Below, piece by piece: positions 11,853-24,518 of a stretch of DNA of 64,000 bases. A model generated the notes under the pieces. The model saw nothing but the letters and a program-made list of their open reading frames with translations, was not told where the DNA came from and did no database searches. Every line of letters begins with the position of its first letter. Within the stretch, counting starts at the first letter, position 1. Position numbers and translations under genes: made by a program. Source of the DNA: Octopus vulgaris (taxonomy: Eukaryota); assembly GCA_951406725.2 (NCBI GenBank), contig OX597827.1:8804001-8868000 (forward strand), written 5' to 3'.

Positions 11853-12262
11853 AGGCGCAGGAGTGGCTGTGTGGTAAGTAGCTTGTTTACCAATCACATG
11901 GTTCCAGGTTCAGTCCCACAGCGCGGCACCTTGGGCAAGTGTCTTCTGCTATAGCCCCGGGCTGACCAATGCCTTGTGAGTAGATTTGGTAGACAGAAAC
12001 TGAAAGAAGCCCGTCGTATATATATGTATATATATATATGCGTGTTTGTGTTTGTGTGTCTGTGTTTGTCCCCCTAGCATTGCTTGACAACCAATGCTCG
12101 TATGTTTATATCCCAGTTACTTAGCGGTTCGGCAAAAGAGACCGATAGAATAAGTACTGGGCTTACAAAAGAATAAGTCCCAGGGTCGAGTTGCTCGATT
12201 AAAGGCGGTGCTCCAGCATGGCCGCAGTCAAATGACTGAAACAAGTAAAAGAGTAAAAGAGT
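11853..12262 (+). mobile_element. SINE family A
   Basis: Full-length match. Confidence 0.9.
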
Positions 12263-12604
12263 AAACTGGTTTTATTGACTGAATTACCTTAAGGATGGAA
12301 TGATTTGTGTGTTTGTTCTGCGGATTTCTGCTTGTACTTGAAGACAAAAATGTGCACGTGTCTTGGCTTATATAGAAAATTACTCGTACAATGGAGCACT
12401 AATACTGTGAGGTTCTACGGTATCTCACCGGTATTTGTGTCACATAAAAAGCACCAAGTCCACTCTGCTGAGTGGTTGGTGTTAGGAAGGACGCGTCCAG
12501 CTGTGGAAATCCTGCCAAAACAGTCACAGAAGACTGGTGTAGGCTTCGGCCTGGCTGGCTCTTGTGGTACCATGCTAGCATGGAAGACAGACGTTAAACA
12601 ATGT

Positions 12605-12640
<36 letters not shown>

Positions 12641-13352
12641 GGAGGAGGATGATGATAGGCAAATAAAAAATAAAAAAACAGAGAAAATAAAATAAACAAA
12701 AGTCGATTGGGAGTACACAGTGAATATATTAGAATGATGTTCAGTGAAGGTTTTTAGGTGGAAAAATAGAATTGATGTTTCAAGGAAAATGTCCAAAGAG
12801 GCGGAAAGGAAGGAAGGAGCAGATAGTCTGAGAAAACCATGTGTGTTGTTGCATGGACAGCTTTCTTTCAGTTTCTATCTACCAAATTCACTCACAAGTG
12901 GTTGGTCAACCAGCAGTTATAGAAGAAGACATTTGCTCAAAGTGCCACAGAGAACTGAACCTAAAAACAATGAGGTTTGGAAGCAGACTCTTTAACTACA
13001 CAACCATGCTAGTGCATGCTTCATTGCTTTTACTGATTGTTTTAGGTGACTGTGTAGGCACAATCAGACATTGGACATCTGGTTGGCACTCGCACCTTTG
13101 ACCCCACGAAGCATCCATGAGATGGCAACAAGAATGAGTGAGAACTGTTGCTGTATCTGGTCGGTACTCGTTACAGCGGAGTAAACTACAACAATATGAA
13201 ATGAAAAGCCTTGCTTAAGAATACAACATAGTGCCTGGTCCAAGAACTGAAACTCGCAACATTATGATCATGAGGTGAATACTCTAACCACTAGGCAACG
13301 GCCCTTCACAGGATAGGATATAAGAAAGACAATGTCAATGTTCTAACAGATG

Positions 13353-13750
13353 CTAGCAGTATCGCTCGGCGTTGCTCGGGTTTGTAAGGGAAATAACTAT
13401 ATAAGCATTTTTAGAGAGTTATAGCCAAAAAATAGCAAAAAAATGCATTAAAAATGGAAAAAAAATGATGGTAAATTTTTTTAAAATCGTTGACTCATCG
13501 TAGACATTTTTAGAGAGTTACTTCCCTTATATAATAGCGAAAAAAATGCATTAAAATGGAAAAAAATTATGGTAAATTTTTTTTAAAATCGTAGACTCAT
13601 CGTAGACGCGCGCTAATACCCAGAAGGGCTCGATATGAATCACGACTATAAGATACCCGGTTTTGGTTAAACTGCACCGCAAATTGTGGGAGTAGTTAGG
13701 AATCTAAATCGTAGGAGACAGACACACAACCTTACTTTTATATATAAAGA
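13353..13750 (-). mobile_element. Non-autonomous Helitron, about 400 bp
   Basis: Minus strand starts A|TCTTTATATATAAAAG and ends with the hairpin CCCGAGCAACGCCGAGC followed by GATACTGCTAG. No TSD. Sister copies at 25033 and 33622. Confidence 0.85.
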
Positions 13751-14662
13751 TTACTAGTTTAAATTCTTCTCAAAAATCACTGTAAAACACAAGAGAAATG
13801 AAACGAAGTATCAAACTTCTACCAAATAATCAAGTAGTTTGCTTTTCTTTATTTTTTTTTCATTTTTAAAACATTCTTTACTTTACTATGATCAAAAAGC
13901 AACAACGTTCTTTTTTTTTCTTTTTTTTTTTTTTGCCATTCACTTAGATGGAGGGCAGAAGCGTGAAATGTGAGAGACTTTTTACTCCTCATGGTAACTG
14001 AACATATCATGAACTCTTCCACAAACTCTGCTATTTCTGTAATGGACAGTTGCCTTATGCAATGACTGTGTTATTTACACTTGCTTTTACAAGCCACTTT
14101 CAGCATGGGAAGTCGAGGGAAGGATAATTTTACACCCAACAACTGAAGTATTGAATAATTGCCTTATGAAAAGTAAAAAAAAAAAAAAAAAAATAATAAT
14201 AATAAATTATTAGAACATTTAAATTATATGGCCTGTTGCAAGAGAGACAAGTGTTTTATGGACACTTGCATTTTATAACATGTTCTAGTTACTGAGACAT
14301 TTCCAATAAAAATATTGCAATATTGTTTGATTTTGACCTTATTAATTATCGCCATATTAATCGATAGACGAGAAACAATATTTAGGATTTAAATTGATAT
14401 TGATATTGATCTTGCTAGATTTTAATTACTTAAAATTAATAACAAAATGAAAGACTTTAAAAACATTTGACTAATAACTAGTCTGAATGTATTTTGTATG
14501 CTGCCGCAGAATTATTACATGTGAATTATGGCTTTCATACCACACACTCACACACACACCACACACAAGCCCATACACACCACACACATGCCAACTCCAA
14601 CACACCATACACACACACACAAGTACTTACACATCATACAAATACATACACACATGTAGATA

Positions 14663-14711
<49 letters not shown>

Positions 14712-14742
14712 ACATATATATATATGTAAATATATATGTGTG

Positions 14743-14786
<44 letters not shown>

Positions 14787-15574
14787 GATATATATATATA
14801 TCTATCTATCTATATCTATATGTGTAGATATATATATATGTATATATATAAACATTCACACAGATTGTATGCATATGCAAGATATATGCTCAATCATCAT
14901 CATCATCATCATAGTTGTCATCACCATCATCACTAACATCCTCATTGTCATCATCCTCATAATCATTCTCTGCAGCAGCAGCAGCATTCTTGCTTTACAT
15001 CCACTTTCCATACTAGCATGGGTTAGATGGGAGGTTGCTGCTCTCCTTGTTGCCTTAAAGGACCACATCTTTTTTTGCAAGTTTCGTTTTGGGTTTGGAT
15101 TCTACAGCCCTTCTCAACACAAACCACTTTACAAAATATATTAGGCTGAAGCTATTGTTGTGCAAACACTAGAAAAGCTGCATCTTTGGTAAGGCTAAGG
15201 TGTTCCCAACCTAAGCCCACAGGGAATTGAAACCACGATCTCGTGATTGTATGTACAACACCCTAACCATTAGGTCATGCATCCTCGAATGAAACCCACA
15301 TATCACAATAAAAATATTCTAAGTTGTTGTATTGCTGTCATGTTTTACAAATAATTCAAATTTTATGACTAACACGAGGACCTACTTCACAGTTTCACAG
15401 AATATGAACAGGATTTTCAGAGTGCTAGCAATGGGGATATGCAAAAAAAAAAGAAAAGAACATATGGATATTTATGTTTTCAAAGAACAAAATCATAATA
15501 GACACATATTGCATTCTTTCATATGTGATGCTTACAGGCTTCCATAGGTGTATGTTATTCAGAAAAGACCCACC

Positions 15575-15989
15575 AGGCGCAGGAGTGGCTGTGTGGTAAG
15601 TAGATTGCTAACCAACCACGTGGTTCTGGGTTCAGTCCCACTGCGTGGCATCTTGGGCAAGTGTCTTCTGCTATAGCCCCGGGCCGACCAATGCCTTGTG
15701 AGTGGATTTGGTAGATGGAAACTGAAAGAAGCCCATTGTGTATATGCATATATATATATATGTGTGTGTGTGTGTTTGTGTGTCTGTGTTTGTCCCCACC
15801 AACATCACTTGACAACCGATGTTGGTGTGTTTATGTTCCCGTAACTTAGCGGTTCGACAAAAGAGACCGATAGAATAAGTACTGGGCTTACAAAGAATAA
15901 GTCTCGGGGTCGATTTGCTCGACTAAAGGCGGTGCTCCAGCATGGCCACAGTCAAATGACTGAAACAAGTAAAAGAGAGTAAAAGAGTA
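15575..15989 (+). mobile_element. SINE family A flanked by a 61-bp direct repeat
   Basis: Full-length match. Flanks 15513-15573 and 16002-16062 differ at 3 positions. Confidence 0.9.
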
Positions 15990-16489
15990 TAATAAACGCA
16001 TATTCTTTCAAATGTGATGCTTACAGGCTTCCATAGGTGTACGTTATTCAGAAAAGGCCCACAACTTAAAGCCCAGTGAAGCCACACAATGATGTGAAAG
16101 TGACATATGTCAGTCTGCAGTTGATTATCTAAATTGCCCTCTTCTTCATCCTTTGTATTTGACAAGTGCTTATTCTGTTATCCCTTTGAGGATGAAAAGC
16201 AAATTTGACTTTAGCAGGGTCAGAAGTGCAGATGTAAACCCGGATGTAACTGAATACTGCAAGGTATTTTTTGTCGAGTGCTGTAACAGCCCTACCTCGT
16301 CAACATAAATATACGAAGGAATAGAGAAATAAAAGATGATTTGGTACAAGCTTGCATAGTTCTATGGTCAAGAAGTTCTAGATGATGATGAGGAGGAGGA
16401 GGAGGAGGAGGATGAAGACAGTGATGACAATGACAAAGATGTCAATGACAATGTCAGTGAAGATGGTGGTGGAGAGTAGTAGTAGTAGC

Positions 16490-16554
<65 letters not shown>

Positions 16555-16621
16555 TAGTAGTAGTAGCAGCAGCGGTGGCAGCAGCAGAAGTAGTAGTAGT
16601 AGCAGCAGCAGCAGCAGCAGC

Positions 16622-16676
<55 letters not shown>

Positions 16677-17079
16677 ATGATAATAACTGGCATTGATTTT
16701 TATCATTTCAGACTTCTGGTTCAGTCCTACTGTACAACACCTGAGACAAGTGTTCTTCTACTATAGCCCTGGGTTGGCCTAAGCCTTGTGTGCTAATTTG
16801 GTAAACGGTAAATACACAGAAGTTCCTGCTATATATGTGTGTGTGTGTGTGAATGTTTGTGGGGTTTTTTTTTGTTTGCTTTTGTCTCACTGTCCTTGAC
16901 AACCGATGTTAGTTTGTTTACATCCTGTAACTTAATGGTTCAGCAAACAATACCAATACAACAGTACATTAAGCACCAGACATGAAATAAATTCTGGGGC
17001 CAATTTGTGCAACCAAACCCTCCAGTACAGTGCCCCAGCATAGCCAGAGACCCCATGACTAAAAAGACTTAATTATTAT

Positions 17080-17370
17080 GATGAGAGTTCTAATTAATCT
17101 GATCAATGGAATAGCCTGCTCATGAAGTTAACAGGCAAGTGGCTGAGCACTCCACAGATACATGTGCCTTTAATAGTTCCCAAGGCGATTCAGTGTGGCA
17201 GGGCTGGCCCTTTGAAATTCAGGTATCCCCCATTTTTGCCAGCTGAGTTGACTGGAGCAACGTGAAATAAACTGTGTCCCTCAAGGACAGAGCATGTTGC
17301 TTGGAATTGAACTCACAACCTTACAATCACGATCCAAATACACTAACCACTAAGCCACTCAACTTCACAT
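17080..17370 (-). mobile_element. Older SINE with a family D-like head and tail type 1
   Basis: Head GTGGCTTAGTGGTTAG...GAGTTCAATTCC, CORE-like TTTATTTCACGTTGCTCCAGT, and tail TTTCAAAGGGCCAGCC...GTGGAGTGCTCAGCCACTT as at 7850-7945. Confidence 0.7.
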
Positions 17371-17389
17371 GAATCTGACAAGTCTAAAA

Positions 17390-17702
17390 CGATAAACGTT
17401 GCCCTTTTCAAGCCTAGCCAGGCTCATGGGCCCGGTTTCCCGGTTTCTGTGGCATATGTGTTCCCCCCAGTTGGACGGGATGCCAGGCCCTTGCAGCATT
17501 ACTCAAGAAACTGGAAGAGAGAGTAAGAGAAAGTTGGAGCAAAAGAGTACAACAGGGGTCGCCACCACCCCCTACCGAAGCCTTGTGGAGCTTTTAGGTG
17601 TTTTCACTCAATAAACACACACAACGCCCGGTTTGGGAATCGAAACCACGATCCTCCAACCGTGAGTCCGCTGCCCTAACCACTGGGCCATTGCGCTTCC
17701 AC
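17390..17702 (-). mobile_element. SINE family C with tail type 3
   Basis: Same head as 7641. Tail AACCGGGAAACCGGGCCCATGAGCCTGGCTAGGCTTGAAAAGGGC. Confidence 0.8.
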
Positions 17703-18822
17703 ATCTGACAAGTGTATGTGAGTATATTTTCATAATATTGCTGAAAAGTTGTAGGGAAAGAGTACAACAGGGGTTGCCACCACCCCCGACCAAAGCCTCA
17801 TGGAGCTTTTAGGTGTTTTCGCTCAATAAATACACACAACGCCTGGTCTGGGAATCGAAACCACGATCCTCCAACCGTGAGTCCGCTGCCCTAACCACTG
17901 GGCCATTGCGCTTCCACATCTGACAAGTGTATGTGAGTATATTTTCATAATATTGCTGAAAAGTTGTAGGGAAAGAGTACAACAGGGGTTGCCACCACCC
18001 CCGACCAAAGCCTCATGGAGCTTTTAGGTGTTTTCGCTCAATAAACACACACAACGCCCGGTCTGGGAATCGAAACTGCAATCCTCCAACCGTGAGTCCG
18101 CTGCCCTAACCACTGGGCCATTGCACTTCCACATCTGACAAGTGTATGTGAGTATATTTTCATAATATTGCTGAAAAGTTGTAGGGAAAGAGTACAACAG
18201 GGGTTGCCACCAACCCCTACTGAAGCCTTGTGAAGCTTTTAGGTGTTTTTGCTCAATAAACACACACAACGCCCGGTCTGGGAATCGAAACCGCGATCCT
18301 CCAACCGTGAGTCCGCTGCCCTAACCACTGGGCCATTGCACTTCCACATCTGACAAGTGTATGTGAGTATATTTTCATAATATTGCTGAAAAGTTGTAGG
18401 GAAAGAGTACAACAGGGGTTGCCACCACCCCCGACCAAAGCCTCATGGAGCTTTTAGGTGTTTTCGCTCAATAAACACACACAACGCCCGGTCTGGGAAT
18501 CGAAACCGCGATCCTCCAACCGTGAGTCTGCTGCCCTAACCACTGGGCCATTGCACTTCCACATCTGACAAGTGTATGTGAGTATATTTTCATAATATTG
18601 CTGAAAAGTTGTAGGGAAAGAGTACAACAGGGGTTGCCACCAACCCATACTGAAGCCTTGTGAAGCTTTTAGGTGTTTTCGCTCAATAAACACACACAAC
18701 GCCCGGTCTGGGAATCGAAACCGCGATCCTCCAACCGTGAGTCCGCTGCCCTAACCACTGGGCCATTGCACTTCCACATCTGACAAGTGTATGTGAGTAT
18801 ATTTCCATAATATTGCTGAAAA
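17542..18822 (-). repeat. Tandem array of six 215-bp units (SINE C 5' half plus about 45 bp of upstream flank)
   Basis: Period of exactly 215 bp (AAAGAGTAC at 17542, 17757 and onward). Each unit holds Pol III box A and box B. Confidence 0.95.
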
Positions 18823-19291
18823 TTTCGGTGCACAATGAAGAGATAAGTACTAAAGAAAAAGAACAGTGGAAAAAAACGATAAAAAAAGAAAAGGCAAAAA
18901 ACACTGATGGCTATTCGTTATTGACCAAAGATAAGTGAAATTAAGTGTAACAAATGTATAATAAAAACATTCACAATGAAATTATATTTATTAAGCTTTA
19001 TATAATTTCTAAATAAAATCTTTCAAATTAACCACATTCTTTTGAAGTAAAATCAGCAATGTCCATCAGTGCAGGTTCAAATACACTCAAAAAAATATCT
19101 CCAAATAAAAATTTTCTTCATAATTACAATAATTATCATTTATTTTATTTTTATTTTTATTTTTTATTTTTTTTATATTTTATTTTTAATTTTTATTTTT
19201 TGTATTGAAATTATTTTATCCATTTTTCATTTTTCTTTTTTTTTTTTGGTTTTTGCATTTGCTTTGTTTCTGATTCAAAATTAACTTAAAA

Positions 19292-19330
<39 letters not shown>

Positions 19331-19624
19331 GGCTGCTGCTAATGATGATGATGATGATGATGATGAAGACAACAGGGAAAATAATGATGACAAAGACGAT
19401 GACAACAATGATGGTAGTGGTAGTGGTGGTGGTGGTGGTGGTGGTAGTGGTGGTGGTAGTGGTGGTGGTGGTGGTGGTGGTGGTGGTGGTGGTGGTGGTA
19501 GTGGTGGTGGTGGTGGTGGTAGTAATGATGGTAATAATAACTGACATTGATTTTTACCATTTCAGACTTTTAAGAGACCTTTAAGTGTATAAATAATCAA
19601 TAGAAGTGAACGAATAAATATATC

Positions 19625-19734
19625 AAATTTTTATATTTATATATAAGTATATACACACACACGTGTGTGTGCATGTGTGTATGTATACAGATATATCTCT
19701 ATATATACACAGATATATATATATACACACACAT

Positions 19735-19819
<85 letters not shown>

Positions 19820-19924
19820 CATATATATACATATATATATATAAATAAACATATATATATATATATATATATATACATACACACACATACATATTTGTAT
19901 ACATATGTATGCACACACATATGC

Positions 19925-19999
<75 letters not shown>

Positions 20000-20110
20000 A
20001 ATAAACATATATATACATATATATATATAAATAAACATATATATATATATATATATATATACATACACACACATACATATTTGTATACATATGTATGCAC
20101 ACACATATGC

Positions 20111-20150
<40 letters not shown>
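19625..20150. repeat. (TA)n/(CA)n compound microsatellite with an internal duplication of about 190 bp
   Basis: CATACATATTTGTATACATATGTATGCACACACATATGCATAAAT occurs twice. Confidence 0.9.
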
Positions 20151-20154
<4 letters not shown>

Positions 20155-20485
20155 ATAAAATACATTCCAGAGAAATGCCCCAAGATGTGGACTACTTGAA
20201 CTACCGCTCCAGCTCTAATTACTAATGGATACTGAAAAGGCGATAATGGCATACATGTCCCTGGATAATTGTTTCAAGAAAAAAAAAGGTATTTGTAAGT
20301 GACAGTCTTACAAAGAATTCATATTAATCATGTGCAATAATTTGGGTTGACTTTTTGGATTTATGTATTTTCATTCTATTTCTCTCCCAACTCTTCACAG
20401 ATATTACATTTGCATGTCACATTTGATTATATATATGTGTATATATATGTGTGTGTGTGTGTTTGTACAAATGTGTGCTTATGTG

Positions 20486-20555
<70 letters not shown>

Positions 20556-21097
20556 TCATCATCATCATCATTGTCATCTTCATCATTTAACTTCCTCTTT
20601 CCATGCTGTGTGTGTGTATATGTGTGTGCATGAGTGTCAGTGTGTGTGTGTTTGTGTGCATAAGCGTGTTTGTGATGTTTGGTTTGTGTTTTTCCCTCCA
20701 AACCACCACTGCCACCACCACCACCACCACCACTACCACCACCACTTAACCACTGGCTCTGGTTTGTTTACACCACCATAACTTAACAGTTTACCAAAAT
20801 AAAAAATTTTTTTTTAATTCTGTAGAATAAGGTTCAGACTTAAAATTAACAATGTGGTTGATTTGTTCAACTAAAACCCTTCAAAGTGGTGCCCCAGCAT
20901 GGCCACAATCCAATGACTGAAACAGTGAAATGAGAAGATGAAAGACAAAATATAAAAGATATGCAGCACCTTGGCCAAGTATCTTCTACTATAGCCTCAG
21001 GCCGACTAAAGACCAGTGAGTAGATTTGACAGATGGAAACTGAAAGAAGCCCATCATAGATATGTATGTATATATATGTATATATGTGTGTGTGAGG

Positions 21098-21498
21098 CAA
21101 TATGGTGTGCTTAAGAACACCTGTTGAGTCAAGTGAAATCATTGTTGTGGCAAATGCCAGTGTCGCCTGACTGGCACCCATGTCACTGGCACATAAAATG
21201 CACCATTCGAGCATGGTTGATGCCAGTGCCGCCTGACTAGCTTCTGTGCCAGTGGCATGCAACAAGCACCATCCAAGCAGAGTCGATGCCAGTGCCACCT
21301 GACTGGCCCTTATGCCGGTGGCATGTAAAAGGCACCCACTACACTCTTGGAGTAGTTGAGGAAGGGCATCCAGCTGTAGAAACTCTGTCATGACAGATTG
21401 GAGCCTGGTGCAGCCTCCTGGTTTGCCAGTCCTCAATCAAATCATCCAATCCATGCCAGCATGGAAACCAGACGTTAAATGATGATGATGATGATGAT
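21098..21498 (+). mobile_element. RTE LINE 3' end
   Basis: RTE 3' UTR with repeated GCCAGTGCC...CTGACTGGC subunits and a (GAT)n tail. Confidence 0.8.
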
Positions 21499-21587
21499 AT
21501 ATATATATGTATGTATATATATGTATATATGTGTGTGTGAGGCAATATGGTGTGCTTAAGAACACCTGTTGAGTCAAGTGAACACCT

Positions 21588-21930
21588 GTGAAGGCGCATG
21601 GCTCAGTGGTTAGAGCGTCGAGCTTACGATCGTGAGGTTGTGAGCTCGAATCCCGGTCGGGCTGCGTGTTGTGTTCTCGAGCAAGGCACTTTATTTCACG
21701 TTGCTCCAGTTCACTCAGCTGTAGAAATGAGTTGCGACGTCACTGGTGCCAAGCTGTATCGACCTTTGTCTTTCCCTTGGATAACATCGTTAGCGTGGAG
21801 AGGGGAGGCTGGTATGCATGGGCGACTGCTGGCCTTCCATAAACAACCTCGCCCGGACTTGTATCTAGGAAGGTAACTTTCTAGGTGCAATCCCATGGTC
21901 ATTCATGACCGAAGGGGGTCTTTACCCTTT
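21588..21930 (+). mobile_element. SINE family D (tRNA-derived, CORE-like), full length
   Basis: GGCGCATGGCTCAGTGGTTAGAGCG (box A), GAGCTCGAATCCC (box B), GTGTTGTGTTCTCGAGCAAGGCACTTTA (CORE-like), tail ...TCTTTACCCTTT. Confidence 0.85.
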
Positions 21931-22058
21931 ATATATATATATATATATATATATGTACGTATGTATATATCTATGTGTATGTGTCATTGTGTCTGTGTTT
22001 GTTACCCCCATCACCACCTGATAACCAGTGTTGGTACATTTACATCCCCATAACCACG

Positions 22059-22479
22059 ATGGAAAGGGTGAGGAATATTAATGCAGTATATGAGGTTCGG
22101 ACAATAAGGGTAAGCCAGTGTCAACGGTGGTTCCAGAAATTCTGAGCCCGAAACAACAGTCTAGAAGATGAGCCTCATCCTAGAAGATCTGTAGATCTCA
22201 ATGAGGATGTCCTGCAAACCCTGGTGGAACAAAATCCCATCATAACTGTTGAAGAACTAACGGAGAAGCTTGGACATTGCCCTGTCTGATTATCATTTAT
22301 TTCTCAGTTTTCAAAATTATTTGAATGTAAATAATATGAATTTTGTAGATGAGGTCAGAACAGTAGTAGAGGAGTATTTTTCCTCATGGACAAGTAAATT
22401 TTGGAAGAGGGCCCTTGCAAGTCTACCAGATAAATGGAAGAGCATCGTAGAAAATGAAGGGAAGTATATTTTAGATTAA
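22059..22479 (+). pseudogene. Internally deleted mariner transposase remnant
   Basis: N-terminal part reads RNINAVY...QCQRWFQKF*...SLEDEPHPRRS...EQNPIITVEELTEKLG and is fused out of frame to the C-terminal DIALSDYHLFLS...FWKRALASLPDKWKSIVENEGKYILD. Most of the catalytic domain is deleted. Confidence 0.9.
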
Positions 22480-22829
22480 GAAAGAAATTTGTCTGTTTTA
22501 TTTTGAAAAATATAAGAAGTATAACAATATGTGTATAGATAGATAGAAAGACAATTAAATAGAGATATGGTGTGCCTAAAGTTATAAGTGAAAACTTAAT
22601 AATCATATTTAAAATTTGGCTCAAGGAAACAATTTCAGGGGAGGAGCAAATTGACTACATTGACCCCCAGGAAGAATAGCAAAATCAGCCTCATTGGAAT
22701 TTAAACTCAGAACATCAAGATGGACAAAATATCATTCAGTATTTTTCCCAGCATACTAACAATTCTGCCAGCATGCTGCCTTTTTTCTAAACATACATAT
22801 TGCCATGCTGTATTAATAGACTCCATTAA

Positions 22830-23050
22830 CCCTTTCATTACTGAATTTATTTTGAGATGCTTTGTGTTCCTCTCAATTATTTTAAATATAACTAAGAAAT
22901 TAGTAACATAACTTAGTCATCATTAAGCTAGCGTTGGGAACATAAATTGGGACTAAGTTTTGGTGGAAGATTTTAATTCAAAACTTATGAAAACAAGACA
23001 CTTGTACTACAGAGCCAGAGGTGGTTTCAGCCGGGTTGGTAACGAAAGGG
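22830..23050 (+). mobile_element. piggyBac-type MITE family Y monomer (221 bp)
   Basis: TTAA|CCCTTTCATTAC...GGTAACGAAAGGG|TTAA. Confidence 0.9.
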
Positions 23051-23317
23051 TTAAACAAAAATTCTTCTTCTGCAAAGAAGCTGTAGAACAACTCAACTGT
23101 TTCGCTTATTTTTCACCAGTTAATCAGGCATGTTTATTGCATACTTTTCTGCTGAGAAAACAAAACCGTGCAACTGAAGTACTGAGACAGCATGTTTATA
23201 GATAAATGATATAAATGTACAAGAAATAACTAATTAACATATAATTACCCTCTGTAGCTAAACCATGCATTGAATAACTTTGATTAATTCTTTCCAATTT
23301 TCTGATTTAGACTGTGT

Positions 23318-23318
23318 G

Positions 23319-23372
<54 letters not shown>

Positions 23373-23432
23373 TATATATGTGCATGCATGTGTATGGTTT
23401 TGTATATATCATATTGATATATATATATATAC

Positions 23433-23487
<55 letters not shown>

Positions 23488-23494
23488 CATATAT

Positions 23495-23525
<31 letters not shown>

Positions 23526-23608
23526 CATATATATATACATATATATACACACATATATATCTACACACACATATATATATATATATATGTATGTATATAC
23601 ATATACAC

Positions 23609-23648
<40 letters not shown>

Positions 23649-23674
23649 ATACATATACACATATATATATACAT

Positions 23675-23736
<62 letters not shown>

Positions 23737-23750
23737 GTATGTATATTGCT
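23318..23750. repeat. (TG)n/(TA)n/(CA)n compound microsatellite
   Basis: Seen directly in the sequence. Confidence 0.95.
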
Positions 23751-24089
23751 ATATATCACTGGCAATCTTCTACCAACATGAGCTAGTATGACATGTTTAT
23801 GAAGATGAAGCCGTTTTTAAAAATGGCTTTACTTTTCATAACAATGCATGTTGTGTTGCATTGACTGAAGATTATCATGGATATATATACTGGAATGTGT
23901 ACCAGCAGCATGAAACCAGTGATACTAATGTCATGAGATAATTAAATAAATAATACACATTCCACCAATGCCTGCTCTTCTTTCAATTCAACATGCCAGA
24001 GCACACACACACACAGTTATTTAAATCTCTCTCTCAGTCTGTCTGTCTCTCTCTCTCTTTCTATATATATATATATATATACATATATA

Positions 24090-24486
24090 TACTCTTTTAC
24101 TCTTTTACCTATTTCAGTCATTTGACTGCGACCATGCTGGAGCACCGCCTTTAGTCAAGCAAATCAACCCCGGGACTTATTCTTTGTAAGCCCAGTACTT
24201 ATTCTATCGGTATCTTTTGCCGAACTGCTAAGTGACGGGGACGTAAACACACCAGCATCGGTTGTCAAGCAATGCTAGGGCGACAAACACAGACACCTAA
24301 ACACACACACACATATACATATATATATATGACAGGCTTCTTTCAGTTTCCGTCTACCAAATCCACTCACAAGGCATTGGTCAGCCCGGGGCTATAGCAG
24401 AAGACACTTGCCCAAGATGCCATACAGTGGGACTGAACCGAGAACCATGTGGTTGGTTAGCAAGCTACTTACCACACAGCCACTCT
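24090..24486 (-). mobile_element. SINE family A
   Basis: Reverse-complement match. Confidence 0.9.
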
Positions 24487-24518
24487 TATATGTATATATA
24501 TATACATATATATATATA

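Noticed and set aside
13948-13993. Possible 46-nt exon (polypyrimidine tract, TTAG|ATGG...CATG|GTAACT)
   Set aside because: Splice-like signals alone are common in T-rich DNA. No partner exon or recognisable peptide; RNA-seq would be needed.
17542-18822. CRISPR-like regular array (also 49815-51535)
   Set aside because: Units are near-identical along their whole length, there are no unique spacers or cas genes, and the context is eukaryotic.
21588-21662. tRNA gene call for SINE C/D heads
   Set aside because: Acceptor stems are incomplete, and the heads run directly into SINE bodies and tails.
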